Positions 53,773-64,000 of a DNA stretch of 64,000 nt are shown one piece after another; the first letter of the stretch is position 1; the number at the start of each line of letters is the position of its first letter. The position numbers and the translations under genes are program-made. This stretch comes from an uncultured Hyphomicrobiales bacterium. Lineage in GTDB: Bacteria; Bacteroidota; Ignavibacteria; Kapaibacteriales; UBA2268. The stretch spans positions 37,957 to 101,956 of the forward strand of contig CAYYIP010000003.1 of the NCBI GenBank assembly GCA_964472015.1, read 5' to 3'. The notes beneath the pieces were generated by a model, which saw only the letters and a program-made list of their open reading frames with translations, was not told where the DNA came from and did no database searches.

Positions 53773-54334
53773 AAAATATATGATTAAATTAAAATACAGC
53801 AGTATTTATATTTCCTATATTTTAATAAAGTGCTGCTGTATCAAAACGAATGTAAATTTTCATATGATTTTATAGCTTATGACAATTAAATTTATTAATT
53901 TATTAATGATTAATAATATAATTAAGTAAGCTTTATATAATAATATGATATATAAATGACGATAAAATAAAGTAAAAGTTTATAAAAAAATAAAAAATAA
54001 TAGTAAAATGTAGATAATTTTATATGTTTTTTATTTTTTTATTATATAGTGTAATATATTTTACACATAATGTATTTTAGTTATAATATAATAAAGATAG
54101 AAAAAATATACTAAATATTTATTATTTTAATAAACATATAAAATTAAACTAAAATATTCAAATTATATTAATAAAAAATAATTTTTATAAAAAATTAATA
54201 ATTAAAGTATTATATGAAGTTTTATAATTATTATTTAAAACAATTTGATTTTTTTTCGTATTTTTGTATATATATGTATAAAAATATACATCGTAATAAG
54301 TAAAAATATATAATTAAATATAGAGAATAAATAT

Positions 54335-57300
54335 ATGATAGGAATCATTTCAAAACTTTTTGGTGGTAGTAAGAGTGAGAAGGATATAAAAAAAATTAAA
54401 CCAATAGTTAATGAAATAAATAGAATTTATAAAGAATTAGATGCTTTAACTGATGATGAAATAAAAGCTAAAACAGATGAATTTAAAAAAATAATAGAAG
54501 CAAATAAGGAAAAATTAGAACAAGAAGCCGAAGTAATCTTGGATAGGTTACGTAATGAAAAATTGAGTGCAGATGAAACTGCTGATTTGTCAGAACGATT
54601 AAAATCATTAGATAAAGAAATTTTTGAAGTTGTTCAAGATACATTAGATGATTTATTGCCTGAAGCTTTTGCTGTTGTAAAACAAGCTTGTAATCGCTTA
54701 AAAAATGCTGGTTATAGTTATGAATATGCAGGTAATCATTACAAATGGGATATGGTGCCTTATGATGTTCAATTGATAGGTGGTATTGTAATACATCAAG
54801 GGAAGATATCAGAAATGGCAACAGGTGAAGGGAAAACATTAGTAGCTATTTTACCCATATATTTAAATGCTTTAGCTGGTAAAGGTGTTCATCTTGTAAC
54901 TGTAAATGATTACTTAGCAAAACGTGATTGTGATTGGATGCGCCCGGTTTATGAATTTTTAGGACTTTCATGTGATGCTATTCAATCTAATATGCCAACA
55001 GAAATACGTAAAAAAATTTATAATGCAGATATAACTTATGGTACAAATAATGAATTTGGATTTGATTATTTACGTGATAATATGGTTATAGATTCTAATG
55101 ATATGGTGCAACGTGGTCATTGGTTTGCTATTGTAGATGAGGTTGACTCGGTATTGATAGATGAAGCAAGAACTCCACTTATCATATCAGGTCCTGTTGG
55201 ACAAACAGATCAAAAATTTGAAGAAATGAATCCAAGAGTTAAACGCCTTGTTGATGCACAGGTAAAACTTGTTACATCATTAGTTATAGAAGCTGAGAAA
55301 TATTTATCTAGTGATAAAACAGATAAAAATTTAAGAGCATCAGCAGGTAAATTAATATTTACTGCATGGCGTGGTCTTCCAAAACATAAACGTTTAGCTA
55401 AATTATTGCAAGAACCAGAAAATTTAAAGTTGCGTCAAGAGACAGAATTAGAATTCTTAAAAGATAGAGGAGTTCGTATGCCTGAAGTCGATGAAGCACT
55501 TTATTATGTAATAGATGAAAAAAATCATCAAATAGATATAACTGAAAAAGGACGTCAATTATTATGTTCCGCTCAGGAAGATAGTGAAATGTTTATTATT
55601 CCTGATATAACAGCTGAACTTAGTGAATTAGAAAATAAAAATTTAACGTTAGAAGAAAAACATTTGGCCGAAAATCAAATACATCTGAATTTTGCAGAAC
55701 GGAGTGACAGAATACATACAATTTCACAATTATTAAGAGCATATTCGCTGTATGAACGTGACGTTGAATATGTAGTTCAAGATGGGAAAATTTTAATTGT
55801 GGATGAATTTACTGGACGTATTCTTGATGGTCGTCGTTATTCAGAAGGTTTACATCAGGCAATAGAAGCAAAAGAACAGGTTACTGTTGAACGAGATACT
55901 CAAACATTAGCAACAATTACTTTACAAAATTATTTTAGGTTATATCATAAATTAGCTGGTATGACTGGTACTGCTGAAACTGAAGCAGCAGAATTTGATA
56001 AAATATATAAACTTGATTGTACAGTAATTCCAACAAACAGACCAGTTATAAGAGATGATAAAGAAGATCTTGTTTATAAAACAAAACGTGAAAAATATAA
56101 TGCTATTGTAAATGCAGCACGTGATTATTTAAAAACTGGTAGACCAGTTCTTGTTGGTACAGCAAGTGTTGATGTTTCTGAAATTCTTAGTAAGATGTTT
56201 ACACAGGGAGGTATAAAACATAATGTACTTAATGCTAAACAGCATGCTCGTGAAGCTGAAATTGTAGCATTAGCAGGTCGTAAAGGAGCAGTTACTATTG
56301 CTACTAATATGGCGGGTAGAGGTACAGATATAAAACTTGATCATGAAGCAAAATCTAATGGTGGACTTGCTATTATAGGTACGGAAAGACATGATGCAAG
56401 ACGTATTGATAGACAGTTACGCGGACGTAGTGGACGTCAAGGTGATCCAGGTAGTTCTCAATTCTTTATTTCATTAGAAGATAATTTGATGAGACTTTTT
56501 CAGAGTGATAGAATTGCAACGATAATGACTCGTATGGATTTACCTGATGGTGAACCTATACAACATCCTATTATAACCAAAGCAGTTGAGGGTGCTCAAA
56601 AAAAAGTAGAAGAGAATAATTTTGGTATTCGTAAGCGATTGATAGAATATGATGATGTAATGAATCAACAACGAGAGGTTATTTATAATAGACGTAAAGC
56701 AGCACTTAGAGGTGAACGTTTAAGAGGTGAAATTCTTGAATATGTTGAAGATATTGCTGCTGATTGGTTTGAAAGTTATCAACAAACAGAAGATTATGAT
56801 AAATTTGTCTTAAATATGCGATCTTTTTTGTTATGTGAACCTAATATTAGTAGAGATGAATTTAAAATTATAAAAGAAACTGAATTTATTAATAGAATAT
56901 TAAAAACAGCTACTGAATTCTATGATAAAAAGGAAGAATTTCTTGGGACCGAGTTTATGTCTCGTTTGGAGCAAGTCGCTATATTACAAACTATTGACGA
57001 TAAATGGAGAGAACATTTAAGATTAATGGATGATTTAAAAGAAGGTATACATTTACGTAGTTATGGCCAAAAAGATCCGCTTTTGGAATATAAACAAGAA
57101 GCTTATAAATTGTTTATAGAATTAATAGAAGAAATAAACAAAGCAGTTGTTAATTTTGCTTTTAAATATTTTCCTCAATTAAATTCTGTAGAACGTTCTA
57201 ATATAAGACAAAGAGTAAGCAGACATGAAGTTCCTGATATACGTAAAACTAGTGTTTCAGGTGGTAACTTTACTTATCAGCATTCTTCAACTGCTTTACC

Positions 57301-57460
57301 TTCTTTTTTATCTATGCCATCAGAACCAAGAAAATCTGAAACTAGTATGGATAAAGTTAGAACTGCTAGAAGAGAACAACCTAAAATTGGACGTAATGAT
57401 TTATGTCCTTGTGGAAGCGGGAAAAAATATAAACAATGTTGTGAAAGAGAAATAAATTAA
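54335..57460 (+). CDS. secA: preprotein translocase ATPase SecA
   Basis: Walker A MATGEGKTLVA, DEAD-like DEVDSVLIDEARTPLIISG, C-terminal zinc finger CPCGSGKKYKQCC; 1041 aa. Confidence 0.95.
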   Translation: MIGIISKLFGGSKSEKDIKKIKPIVNEINRIYKELDALTDDEIKAKTDEFKKIIEANKEKLEQEAEVILDRLRNEKLSADETADLSERLKSLDKEIFEVVQDTLDDLLPEAFAVVKQACNRLKNAGYSYEYAGNHYKWDMVPYDVQLIGGIVIHQGKISEMATGEGKTLVAILPIYLNALAGKGVHLVTVNDYLAKRDCDWMRPVYEFLGLSCDAIQSNMPTEIRKKIYNADITYGTNNEFGFDYLRDNMVIDSNDMVQRGHWFAIVDEVDSVLIDEARTPLIISGPVGQTDQKFEEMNPRVKRLVDAQVKLVTSLVIEAEKYLSSDKTDKNLRASAGKLIFTAWRGLPKHKRLAKLLQEPENLKLRQETELEFLKDRGVRMPEVDEALYYVIDEKNHQIDITEKGRQLLCSAQEDSEMFIIPDITAELSELENKNLTLEEKHLAENQIHLNFAERSDRIHTISQLLRAYSLYERDVEYVVQDGKILIVDEFTGRILDGRRYSEGLHQAIEAKEQVTVERDTQTLATITLQNYFRLYHKLAGMTGTAETEAAEFDKIYKLDCTVIPTNRPVIRDDKEDLVYKTKREKYNAIVNAARDYLKTGRPVLVGTASVDVSEILSKMFTQGGIKHNVLNAKQHAREAEIVALAGRKGAVTIATNMAGRGTDIKLDHEAKSNGGLAIIGTERHDARRIDRQLRGRSGRQGDPGSSQFFISLEDNLMRLFQSDRIATIMTRMDLPDGEPIQHPIITKAVEGAQKKVEENNFGIRKRLIEYDDVMNQQREVIYNRRKAALRGERLRGEILEYVEDIAADWFESYQQTEDYDKFVLNMRSFLLCEPNISRDEFKIIKETEFINRILKTATEFYDKKEEFLGTEFMSRLEQVAILQTIDDKWREHLRLMDDLKEGIHLRSYGQKDPLLEYKQEAYKLFIELIEEINKAVVNFAFKYFPQLNSVERSNIRQRVSRHEVPDIRKTSVSGGNFTYQHSSTALPSFLSMPSEPRKSETSMDKVRTARREQPKIGRNDLCPCGSGKKYKQCCEREIN

Positions 57461-57507
57461 TAATTATGATTTTATAATTGTACGGATAAAATAATATTAA
57501 ATATATC

Positions 57508-57546
57508 AGAGTAACTTATAAGAATTAAGTTACTCTAATTTTTATA
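57508..57546 (+). terminator. rho-independent terminator after secA (agagtaactta-7 nt-taagttactct followed by a T-rich tract)
   Basis: Perfect 11-bp inverted repeat at 57508-18 / 57526-36, followed by aatttttataaattttta. Confidence 0.55.
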
Positions 57547-57592
57547 AATTTTTATAAGTTGATATAATAAAATATTTTTATTTAAGGTATAA

Positions 57593-58492
57593 ATGATTAT
57601 TAGTGCAAGCAGAAGAACAGATATTCCAGCTTTTTATTCTGATTGGTTTTTTAATAGATTAAAAGCAGGATATGTATTAGTAAGAAATCCAATGAATTAC
57701 CATCAAGTAAGTAAAGTTTTATTATCAAAAGAAAATATAAGTTGTATTGTTTTTTGGACGAAAAATCCAAATAATATATTAAAATACTTAGATATTCTAT
57801 TAAATAATTCAATTCCGTTTTATTTTCAATTTACTTTAACCCCTTATAGTAAAGAGATAGAAAAAAATGTTTTTGATAAAAATAATATATTTAAAATTTT
57901 TATAAAATTATCTGAATTAATAGGCAAAGAACGAATTATTTGGCGATATGATCCAATAATTTTTACAGATAAAATAGGATTAGAAACGCATATTAAATAT
58001 TTTAATTTCATGGCTAATATATTATATAAATATACAAATACTTGTGTTATTAGTTTTATAGATATATATAAAAATACAATAAAAAGAATGCCACAATTAA
58101 AACTAATAGACGAAGAAGATAAATATAAACTTGCAGAAGAAATTAGTAGTACGGTTTTATCATTAAATTTAGAAGCTTATACTTGTTCAGAATCTATTGA
58201 TTTAGAAGAAATAGATATAAAAAAAGGTGCTTGTATAGATGCAAATTTAATAAAAAAATTATGTGGGAATATGAACTTAAATTTAAAAAAGGATATAAAT
58301 CAGCGGAAAGAATGTGGTTGTGTAAAAAGTATAGATATTGGATATTATAATACTTGTTTACATAATTGTATATATTGTTACGCCAATAATAATATTAAAA
58401 AAGTGAAGAACAATGTAAAAACATATAGTCAAAAAAATGAGTTGTTAATAGGGCAAATAGATAAAAAAGATGTTATAAGGTTAAGACAATAA
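57593..58492 (+). CDS. DUF1848 family protein (C-terminal Cys cluster)
   Basis: N-terminus MIISASRRTDIPAFYSDWF matches the DUF1848 start as I recall it. C-terminal CGC...C..C.YC cysteines are present. Confidence 0.55.
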   Translation: MIISASRRTDIPAFYSDWFFNRLKAGYVLVRNPMNYHQVSKVLLSKENISCIVFWTKNPNNILKYLDILLNNSIPFYFQFTLTPYSKEIEKNVFDKNNIFKIFIKLSELIGKERIIWRYDPIIFTDKIGLETHIKYFNFMANILYKYTNTCVISFIDIYKNTIKRMPQLKLIDEEDKYKLAEEISSTVLSLNLEAYTCSESIDLEEIDIKKGACIDANLIKKLCGNMNLNLKKDINQRKECGCVKSIDIGYYNTCLHNCIYCYANNNIKKVKNNVKTYSQKNELLIGQIDKKDVIRLRQ

Positions 58493-58525
58493 ATAAATTA
58501 TTTTAATATAAATTTAGTGAATTAT

Positions 58526-58563
58526 AAAAAAAGGCAATTTATAAACATAAATTGCCTTTTTTA
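58526..58563. terminator. bidirectional terminator between convergent genes (A-run, aaggcaattt-loop-aaattgcctt, T-run)
   Basis: Perfect 10-bp stem with flanking A7 and T6. It lies between the DUF1848 gene (+) and the POT transporter gene (-). Confidence 0.6.
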
Positions 58564-58583
58564 TATAAGAATTTTTATTTATT

Positions 58584-60110
58584 TTACTTAGCTACACGTT
58601 CTAGCCATTTTAACATAAATAACATAGTGAACATTGACATGCAACAAGCACATACAAACACAAGCCAAGTAGCCCAAATTGGAATTGTTTCATATAGAAT
58701 TGCACCGATAAATAATAATTGATTACCAGCAGCAGTTGCACATAACCATAAACCTTGCATCATACCTTGATACTTAGGAGGAGCAACTTTAGATACAAAA
58801 GATAATCCAAGAGGTGATATAAATAATTCCGCAACTGTTAAAATAAAATAAGTTCCTAATAATAACAAGGGAGTAACTCTTTGTGCATCAGGTAAACTAC
58901 CCATTTCTGTAATTTCTGCTTTTGTTGGTAAGCCTATAGAACAAAGTGACATTAAAATATAAGCACTAGCCGCAATTCCCATACCAATAGCTATTTTTTT
59001 AGGTGTTGTTGGTTCTTTACCTTTTGAACGCAACCATCCAAATAATCCCATAATAATAGGAGTTAGGAAGACAACGAAGAAAGGATTAAATGATTGAAAT
59101 AATTCAGCACCTTGTAATTTAGTAAATCCTAAATTAAGATTCATCTTACTTAAATCAGTATAATCTTTTGCAAAAAATGTTAGTGTTAATCCGTTTTGGT
59201 GGAAAGAGAACCAGAAAAATATAACAACTGCAAAAACTGCTAATAGAGCATAAATACGTTGTTTAACTTCTTTTGCATCCATTTCAACGATTGTACCGGT
59301 AGAAATATTTGATATTTTAGTTGCAGGGTCTGGAAAACTTTTTTTATTAATTAAGTAAATTATTAACGAAATCATCATTGCTATAATAGCAACTGAAAAT
59401 GCATAATGAAACCCTGTTGCAAATACATTTAAATAATTAGTTGCAAAAGTTGTTAAATCTAAATTTTTTGCAATTGCTGCTGCTTCTAATTTAGCTAATC
59501 CTGCTCCGGTTAAATTATTATTTAATAAGCGGTGACATAGTTCTGCTAGCGAAGCATCGTAAGTAAAACCGTTAACTACTTCTACCCACCAATTTCTTAT
59601 ACCTACAGCTGTTAATGGAGCAAAAATAGCACCCACATTAATAAACATGTAAAATATAGAGAACCCGGAATCACGCATATTAGAATACTTAGAATTATCA
59701 TACATTTGACCAACTAATGCTTGTAAGTTTCCTTTAAATAATCCGTTACCAAATGCAATTATAAATAATCCAAAACATGTTATAGCTAAAAATAATACAA
59801 ATTTATTAGCAGGAACAGGAGTAGGTGTAGGTATTGAAATACATAAATAACCTACTGCCATTAAAATTAAACCAATAAGAATGGTACCTTTGAAATTTTT
59901 TGTTTTATCTGCAATAAGTCCACCTACAAAGGCAAGAACATAAATAGAAAAATAAAAAATAGAATAGATTAAACCAGCGTTTGTCTCTGATAATCCAAAT
60001 TTAGCCATTAAAAAAAGCGACAATATTGCCATCATGGTATAGAAACCAAAACGTTCGCCCATATTTGCTAATGCAGCGGCTAATAATCCTTTTGGATGAT
60101 TTTTAAACAT
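58584..60110 (-). CDS. proton-dependent oligopeptide transporter (POT/PTR2 family, DtpT-like)
   Basis: 12+ TM MFS profile and the PTR2 signature region GGLIADK...GNGLFKGN; ~508 aa. Confidence 0.8.
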   Translation of the reverse strand: MFKNHPKGLLAAALANMGERFGFYTMMAILSLFLMAKFGLSETNAGLIYSIFYFSIYVLAFVGGLIADKTKNFKGTILIGLILMAVGYLCISIPTPTPVPANKFVLFLAITCFGLFIIAFGNGLFKGNLQALVGQMYDNSKYSNMRDSGFSIFYMFINVGAIFAPLTAVGIRNWWVEVVNGFTYDASLAELCHRLLNNNLTGAGLAKLEAAAIAKNLDLTTFATNYLNVFATGFHYAFSVAIIAMMISLIIYLINKKSFPDPATKISNISTGTIVEMDAKEVKQRIYALLAVFAVVIFFWFSFHQNGLTLTFFAKDYTDLSKMNLNLGFTKLQGAELFQSFNPFFVVFLTPIIMGLFGWLRSKGKEPTTPKKIAIGMGIAASAYILMSLCSIGLPTKAEITEMGSLPDAQRVTPLLLLGTYFILTVAELFISPLGLSFVSKVAPPKYQGMMQGLWLCATAAGNQLLFIGAILYETIPIWATWLVFVCACCMSMFTMLFMLKWLERVAK

Positions 60111-60518
60111 ATTAAAATTTTACCTTGTAAAAAAAATTAAATATTATAAAACATTATTTATCTCAATATTTTAAGTTTTTATTAAAAATCTTTCTTTATA
60201 AAATGTATATAAAAATATATAAAATATAATAAATTTTATATTTATTGTGAGATAATACATAATATAAAAATATTAATATAACAAATATTTTTATATTATG
60301 TATATATTTTTTTTCAACAATACAAAAAATAAAATTAAAAAAATATAATAGTTTTTTAATTTTATAAATTATATTTTTGTTATTATTATTTAATAAAAAA
60401 TAATTATATTTGTAGATATAAAACAAATATATAATTAAATTTAATAATTGATAATAATTTTTTAATTATCTTTAATTATCTTTTCTTTAAATATAGATAA
60501 ATATTTTGGAGTTTAAAA

Positions 60519-60872
60519 ATGGCAAAGAAAAATACAAAAAGTTCTGTATATGTAAAAAATATTAAGAAAAATAATAAAAAACATGTCCAGTGGGAATTTC
60601 CATTAGTAAAAAAAGATTTTATTTGGTTATTAATAGGAGTTGGTGTTGTAATATTAGGTTATGCATTATTAGCTACTGGTATTACTGATGAAGCCACAGT
60701 TGAAGGTGGAACTTGGATGAATTTTTGGGCAGTAAATGTAGCTCCGATAATTTTGATTATAGGGTATCTTGTGGTTATACCGCTTGCTCTTATGAAATTT
60801 TTTACTCTTAAAAAAAATAAAAAATATGGGGCAGATAATAAATCAGATATAGATAATAAAGATGCAGAATAA
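60519..60872 (+). CDS. small two-TM membrane protein (DUF3098-like), upstream of and overlapping era
   Basis: Lys-rich N-terminus then two hydrophobic helices (FIWLLIGVGVVILGYALLA; VAPIILIIGYLVVIPLALM). Family assignment tentative. Confidence 0.4.
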   Translation: MAKKNTKSSVYVKNIKKNNKKHVQWEFPLVKKDFIWLLIGVGVVILGYALLATGITDEATVEGGTWMNFWAVNVAPIILIIGYLVVIPLALMKFFTLKKNKKYGADNKSDIDNKDAE

Positions 60873-61788
60873 TCTAATTTTAAATAAAAAAAAAATAACA
60901 ACAAAAGCAGGTTATGTAGCAATTATAGGAAAGCCTAATGCAGGTAAATCTACTTTTCTAAATTCTGTTATTGGTACTAAATTGTCTATAATAACTCCAA
61001 AACCACAAACTACTCGAAAACGTGTATTAGGAATTTGTACTGAGGCTAACATACAAATTATATTTATAGATACTCCAGGAGTATTAAATCCTAAATATGC
61101 TATGCAAAGTACTATGATGGAATATGTACATAATTCAATAGAAATAGCAGATTGTATAATATTAATATATGATGTAATAAAATTTAATAAAATAAAACCA
61201 ATATCTGATGTTTTATATAATTTTTTTAAAAAAGAAAAAAAACCAGTAATATTATTATTAAATAAAATTGATTTATTGAAAGATAGTAAGGAAGTATTAC
61301 CATTAATAAAATGTTTTTATGATATGAATTTATTTAGTGATATAGTTCCAATATCTGCACTGAAAGAAAAAAAATTAAATAAAAAAATACTAGATGTTAT
61401 AACTAAATATTTATCTGAAAGTGAGTTCTTTTATGATGCTGATTTATTGAGTAATCAACCAGAACGTTTTTTTGTTTCTGAAATTATAAGAGAAAATATA
61501 TTTTTATCTTATGGAGAAGAAATTCCATATTCTACTGAAGTTTCGATTATTGAATTTAAAGAACGTGAATATGGGAAATGGTTTATAAGTGCAGAAATTA
61601 TTGTTGAACGAGAAACTCAAAAGAAAATAATAATAGGTAGAAAAGCAGAAAAACTAAAAAAAGTTTCTGAAATATCTAGGAAACAAATAGAAGAACATTT
61701 AGAACATTCTGTTTATCTTGAAGTATTTGTTAAAGTACGTGATAATTGGCGAGACAATCATTGTATGTTAAGATCATTAGGATATTAA
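60862..61788 (+). CDS. era: GTPase Era
   Basis: G1 GKPNAGKST, G3 DTPG, G4 NKID, C-terminal KH domain. Overlaps the upstream ORF by 11 nt. Confidence 0.9.
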   Translation: MQNNLILNKKKITTKAGYVAIIGKPNAGKSTFLNSVIGTKLSIITPKPQTTRKRVLGICTEANIQIIFIDTPGVLNPKYAMQSTMMEYVHNSIEIADCIILIYDVIKFNKIKPISDVLYNFFKKEKKPVILLLNKIDLLKDSKEVLPLIKCFYDMNLFSDIVPISALKEKKLNKKILDVITKYLSESEFFYDADLLSNQPERFFVSEIIRENIFLSYGEEIPYSTEVSIIEFKEREYGKWFISAEIIVERETQKKIIIGRKAEKLKKVSEISRKQIEEHLEHSVYLEVFVKVRDNWRDNHCMLRSLGY

Positions 61789-61856
61789 ATTTATTTCATA
61801 ATTAAAACTTCCTTTAATTAAATTTCTTAATATTTTAATTACAAAAAGAAAATAGT

Positions 61857-63305
61857 ATGAATATTAATAAATTAAAAAATAGTAGAACTTCACAGTTATT
61901 TTTGCAATTTCTAGCAGATACTATTGCTATATGGATAGGTTTTGCTTTGCAATTATATTTACGTTTTTTTAGTAATTTATTTAATGTTTCAACTATTCCA
62001 ACTATATATGATTATATTATAGGTAGTCTTATAATGTCTATTTTTTGGTATATAATATTCTTTTTGTTGGGTATGTATAGAAATTGGCACTTACGTTCAC
62101 CTTTTAATGAATTTTTTGCCATTATAAGAACTTCTTTTTTGGGTTGTTTTATTATTGTTTTATTGATTTCTGTTGATAATACAACAAACTTTCGAATGTT
62201 GTTTTTGATTTATTTTATTATAATGTCTTGTTCTTTTACTTTATTTAGGTTTATTGCAAGACGTATTCAAATAAAATTACGAAGCAAACGAATTATAAAA
62301 ATACCTGTCTTATTAATTGGTGATACAGTAAGTGTAATAAATTTTTATAAAAGAGCAATTAAAAATATATCTTGGGGATTTGATATACTAGGTATTGTCT
62401 CTATACAAGAAAATAAAGAAGAATTTATAAATCAACTTAGATTAAATGGGATTAATGAAAATTTATATATAGGTGAAACAAGTAACTTTAATAATATTAT
62501 AGATAAATATAAAAATTCAATAGAAGAAATTATTTTATCTGTATCTAAAAGTGATTCGGAATTACTTTTTAAACTTGCTGATGTATGCATAGAAAATGGT
62601 ATAAGAGTAAATATAGAGCCTAATTTATATGATTATTTCACTGGGCAATCAAGAACTCAAAATATTTATGGAATACCATTGATTGAAATTAATACAAAAT
62701 TATTAAAACCATGGGAAGCTGTTATAAAGAGATTATTTGATATACTTTTTAGTATTTTAGTTATAATTGTTGGTTTTCCTATATGGTGTTTAGTTTCTAT
62801 TATTATAAAATTAGAATCAAAAGGAAATATATTGTATTCACAACCTCGTGTAGGGAAAGATAATAAAATATTTACTATTTATAAATTTCGTTCTATGAAA
62901 CAAGATAATGCTTTAAATTCTAAGGTTCAAAAGTGGACAGAAATAGGTGATAAAAGGGTTACTAAATTTGGTAAATTTATAAGGAAAACTCATATAGATG
63001 AAATTCCACAATTTTATAATGTACTTATAGGAGATATGAGTGTTGTTGGTCCAAGACCAGAACAACCTAAATTTGTAGAAGAATTTGCAAAAGAATTACC
63101 TTATTATAAAAGGAGACATCTAGTTAGACCAGGAATAACAGGATGGTGGCAAGTTAAATATAAACCACATTCTTTAAATATAGATGAAGTAAAAAGCAGA
63201 ACTAAAGATGATTTTCATTATATAGAAAATATATCGTTGCAATTAGATTTTGAAATTATGATTAGAACAGTTTGGTGTATGTTTAGTGGACATGGTCAAA
63301 CTTAA
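61857..63305 (+). CDS. polyprenyl-phosphate sugar phosphotransferase (bacterial sugar transferase family, WbaP/EpsB-like)
   Basis: N-terminal TM block, then a C-terminal sugar-transferase domain (KFRSMKQDN...PQFYNVLIGDMSVVGPRPE). Confidence 0.85.
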   Translation: MNINKLKNSRTSQLFLQFLADTIAIWIGFALQLYLRFFSNLFNVSTIPTIYDYIIGSLIMSIFWYIIFFLLGMYRNWHLRSPFNEFFAIIRTSFLGCFIIVLLISVDNTTNFRMLFLIYFIIMSCSFTLFRFIARRIQIKLRSKRIIKIPVLLIGDTVSVINFYKRAIKNISWGFDILGIVSIQENKEEFINQLRLNGINENLYIGETSNFNNIIDKYKNSIEEIILSVSKSDSELLFKLADVCIENGIRVNIEPNLYDYFTGQSRTQNIYGIPLIEINTKLLKPWEAVIKRLFDILFSILVIIVGFPIWCLVSIIIKLESKGNILYSQPRVGKDNKIFTIYKFRSMKQDNALNSKVQKWTEIGDKRVTKFGKFIRKTHIDEIPQFYNVLIGDMSVVGPRPEQPKFVEEFAKELPYYKRRHLVRPGITGWWQVKYKPHSLNIDEVKSRTKDDFHYIENISLQLDFEIMIRTVWCMFSGHGQT

Positions 63306-63357
63306 TAAATTCATTTTTTATTTTTTAATTATATGATAAAATATTTAGGATAATAAA

Positions 63358-64000
63358 ATGAAAAACTATTTTATAAATTTAATGATTGTTGTATATATTT
63401 TTATTTTTTATACAACTGTTTCAAGTGCTCAACGTAATATAATTTATCCGGATTCAATTGATAATAATTTTTTTAGAGCAAGGGATGCAAGATTAAAATA
63501 TTGGGATACAGTTGGAGTAGATAAACGTAAAGGAGAGTATAAACAATTTAATCGTTGGTTATATTTTTGGGAACGACGTGTCTTAGATAATGGAGATTTT
63601 CCGCCTTCAAAATTATATTTTGATGCTTGGAATAACATAAAACTTGATAATTTAAATATAAAAACTCAAAATAGATTACAATCTATACCTAATTGGATAG
63701 AATTGGGTCCACAAGCAGATCCGCCTGGATCTGGCATAAATGCAGGAGTAGGTCGTATAAATGTTATAAAAGCAAATCCAAATGATACGAATGAACTTTG
63801 GGCAGGTTCTGCCTCTGGTGGAGTTTGGAAATCAACTAATGCAGGGGAAAATTGGATACCACTTGCTCAAACTGAGTTTCTTTCTTTAGGTATTTCTGAT
63901 ATAGAAATATCTAATACTAATCCATCAATAGTTTATGTTGCTACAGGCGATAATGATGGTGCTATTACAACTTCTTTTAAATTTTACAGTATAGGAATTA
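63358..64000 (+). CDS. secreted BNR/Asp-box (sortilin/Ycf48-like) repeat protein, 5' partial (runs off window end)
   Basis: ATG at 63358 with signal peptide MKNYFINLMIVVYIFIFYTTVSSAQ. Asp-box-like SASGGVWKSTNAGENW. Open to the window end, so it is not in the ORF track. Confidence 0.5.
   Translation, partial: MKNYFINLMIVVYIFIFYTTVSSAQRNIIYPDSIDNNFFRARDARLKYWDTVGVDKRKGEYKQFNRWLYFWERRVLDNGDFPPSKLYFDAWNNIKLDNLNIKTQNRLQSIPNWIELGPQADPPGSGINAGVGRINVIKANPNDTNELWAGSASGGVWKSTNAGENWIPLAQTEFLSLGISDIEISNTNPSIVYVATGDNDGAITTSFKFYSIGI

Noticed and set aside
60196-60426. 76-aa minus-strand ORF (MFYIYKYNYFLLNNNNK...) in the POT/era intergenic region
   Set aside because: Translation is pure AT-codon low complexity (I/Y/K/N/F). 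The region is better explained as divergent promoter DNA.

Overview
This is a very AT-rich chromosomal segment (about 25-30% GC by eye) that looks like it comes from a Bacteroidota/FCB-group bacterium. Several large secreted proteins end in type-A T9SS C-terminal sorting domains, and there is a DUF1573 protein and A-run/hairpin/T-run terminators. Most of the window is ordinary housekeeping: mnmA, a YgiQ radical-SAM gene, cysS, maf, glgA, sufB, sufC, anmK, ugd, clpS, secA, era, pepD, mntP, ridA, a family-4 UDG, a MATE transporter, a POT transporter and a polyprenyl-phosphate sugar transferase. One tRNA-Asp(GTC) lies on the minus strand. I see no CRISPR array, IS element, integrase or rRNA. The accessory part is a secreted-protein/adhesin island at about 17.0-29.6 kb. 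It holds a signal-peptide protein of unknown function, a small T9SS-CTD protein, and an IgGFc-binding-N-domain protein with a C-terminal beta-barrel. Then comes a near-perfect tandem duplication, about 3.35 kb per unit with a 3738-bp period, giving two copies of a 1079-aa Ig-like T9SS cargo protein that are identical at the protein level. Each copy carries its own related terminator hairpin. Other items worth a second look are an orphan beta-class DNA methyltransferase fused to a degenerate SNase-like C-terminal domain; a 1034-aa T9SS protein built from about ten FN3-like repeats with a YYWRV motif; a stand-alone PqqD-like gene tightly coupled to mntP; a sufBC pair followed directly by anmK with no sufD or sufS; and a 1560-aa N-rich TamB/AsmA-like giant protein.
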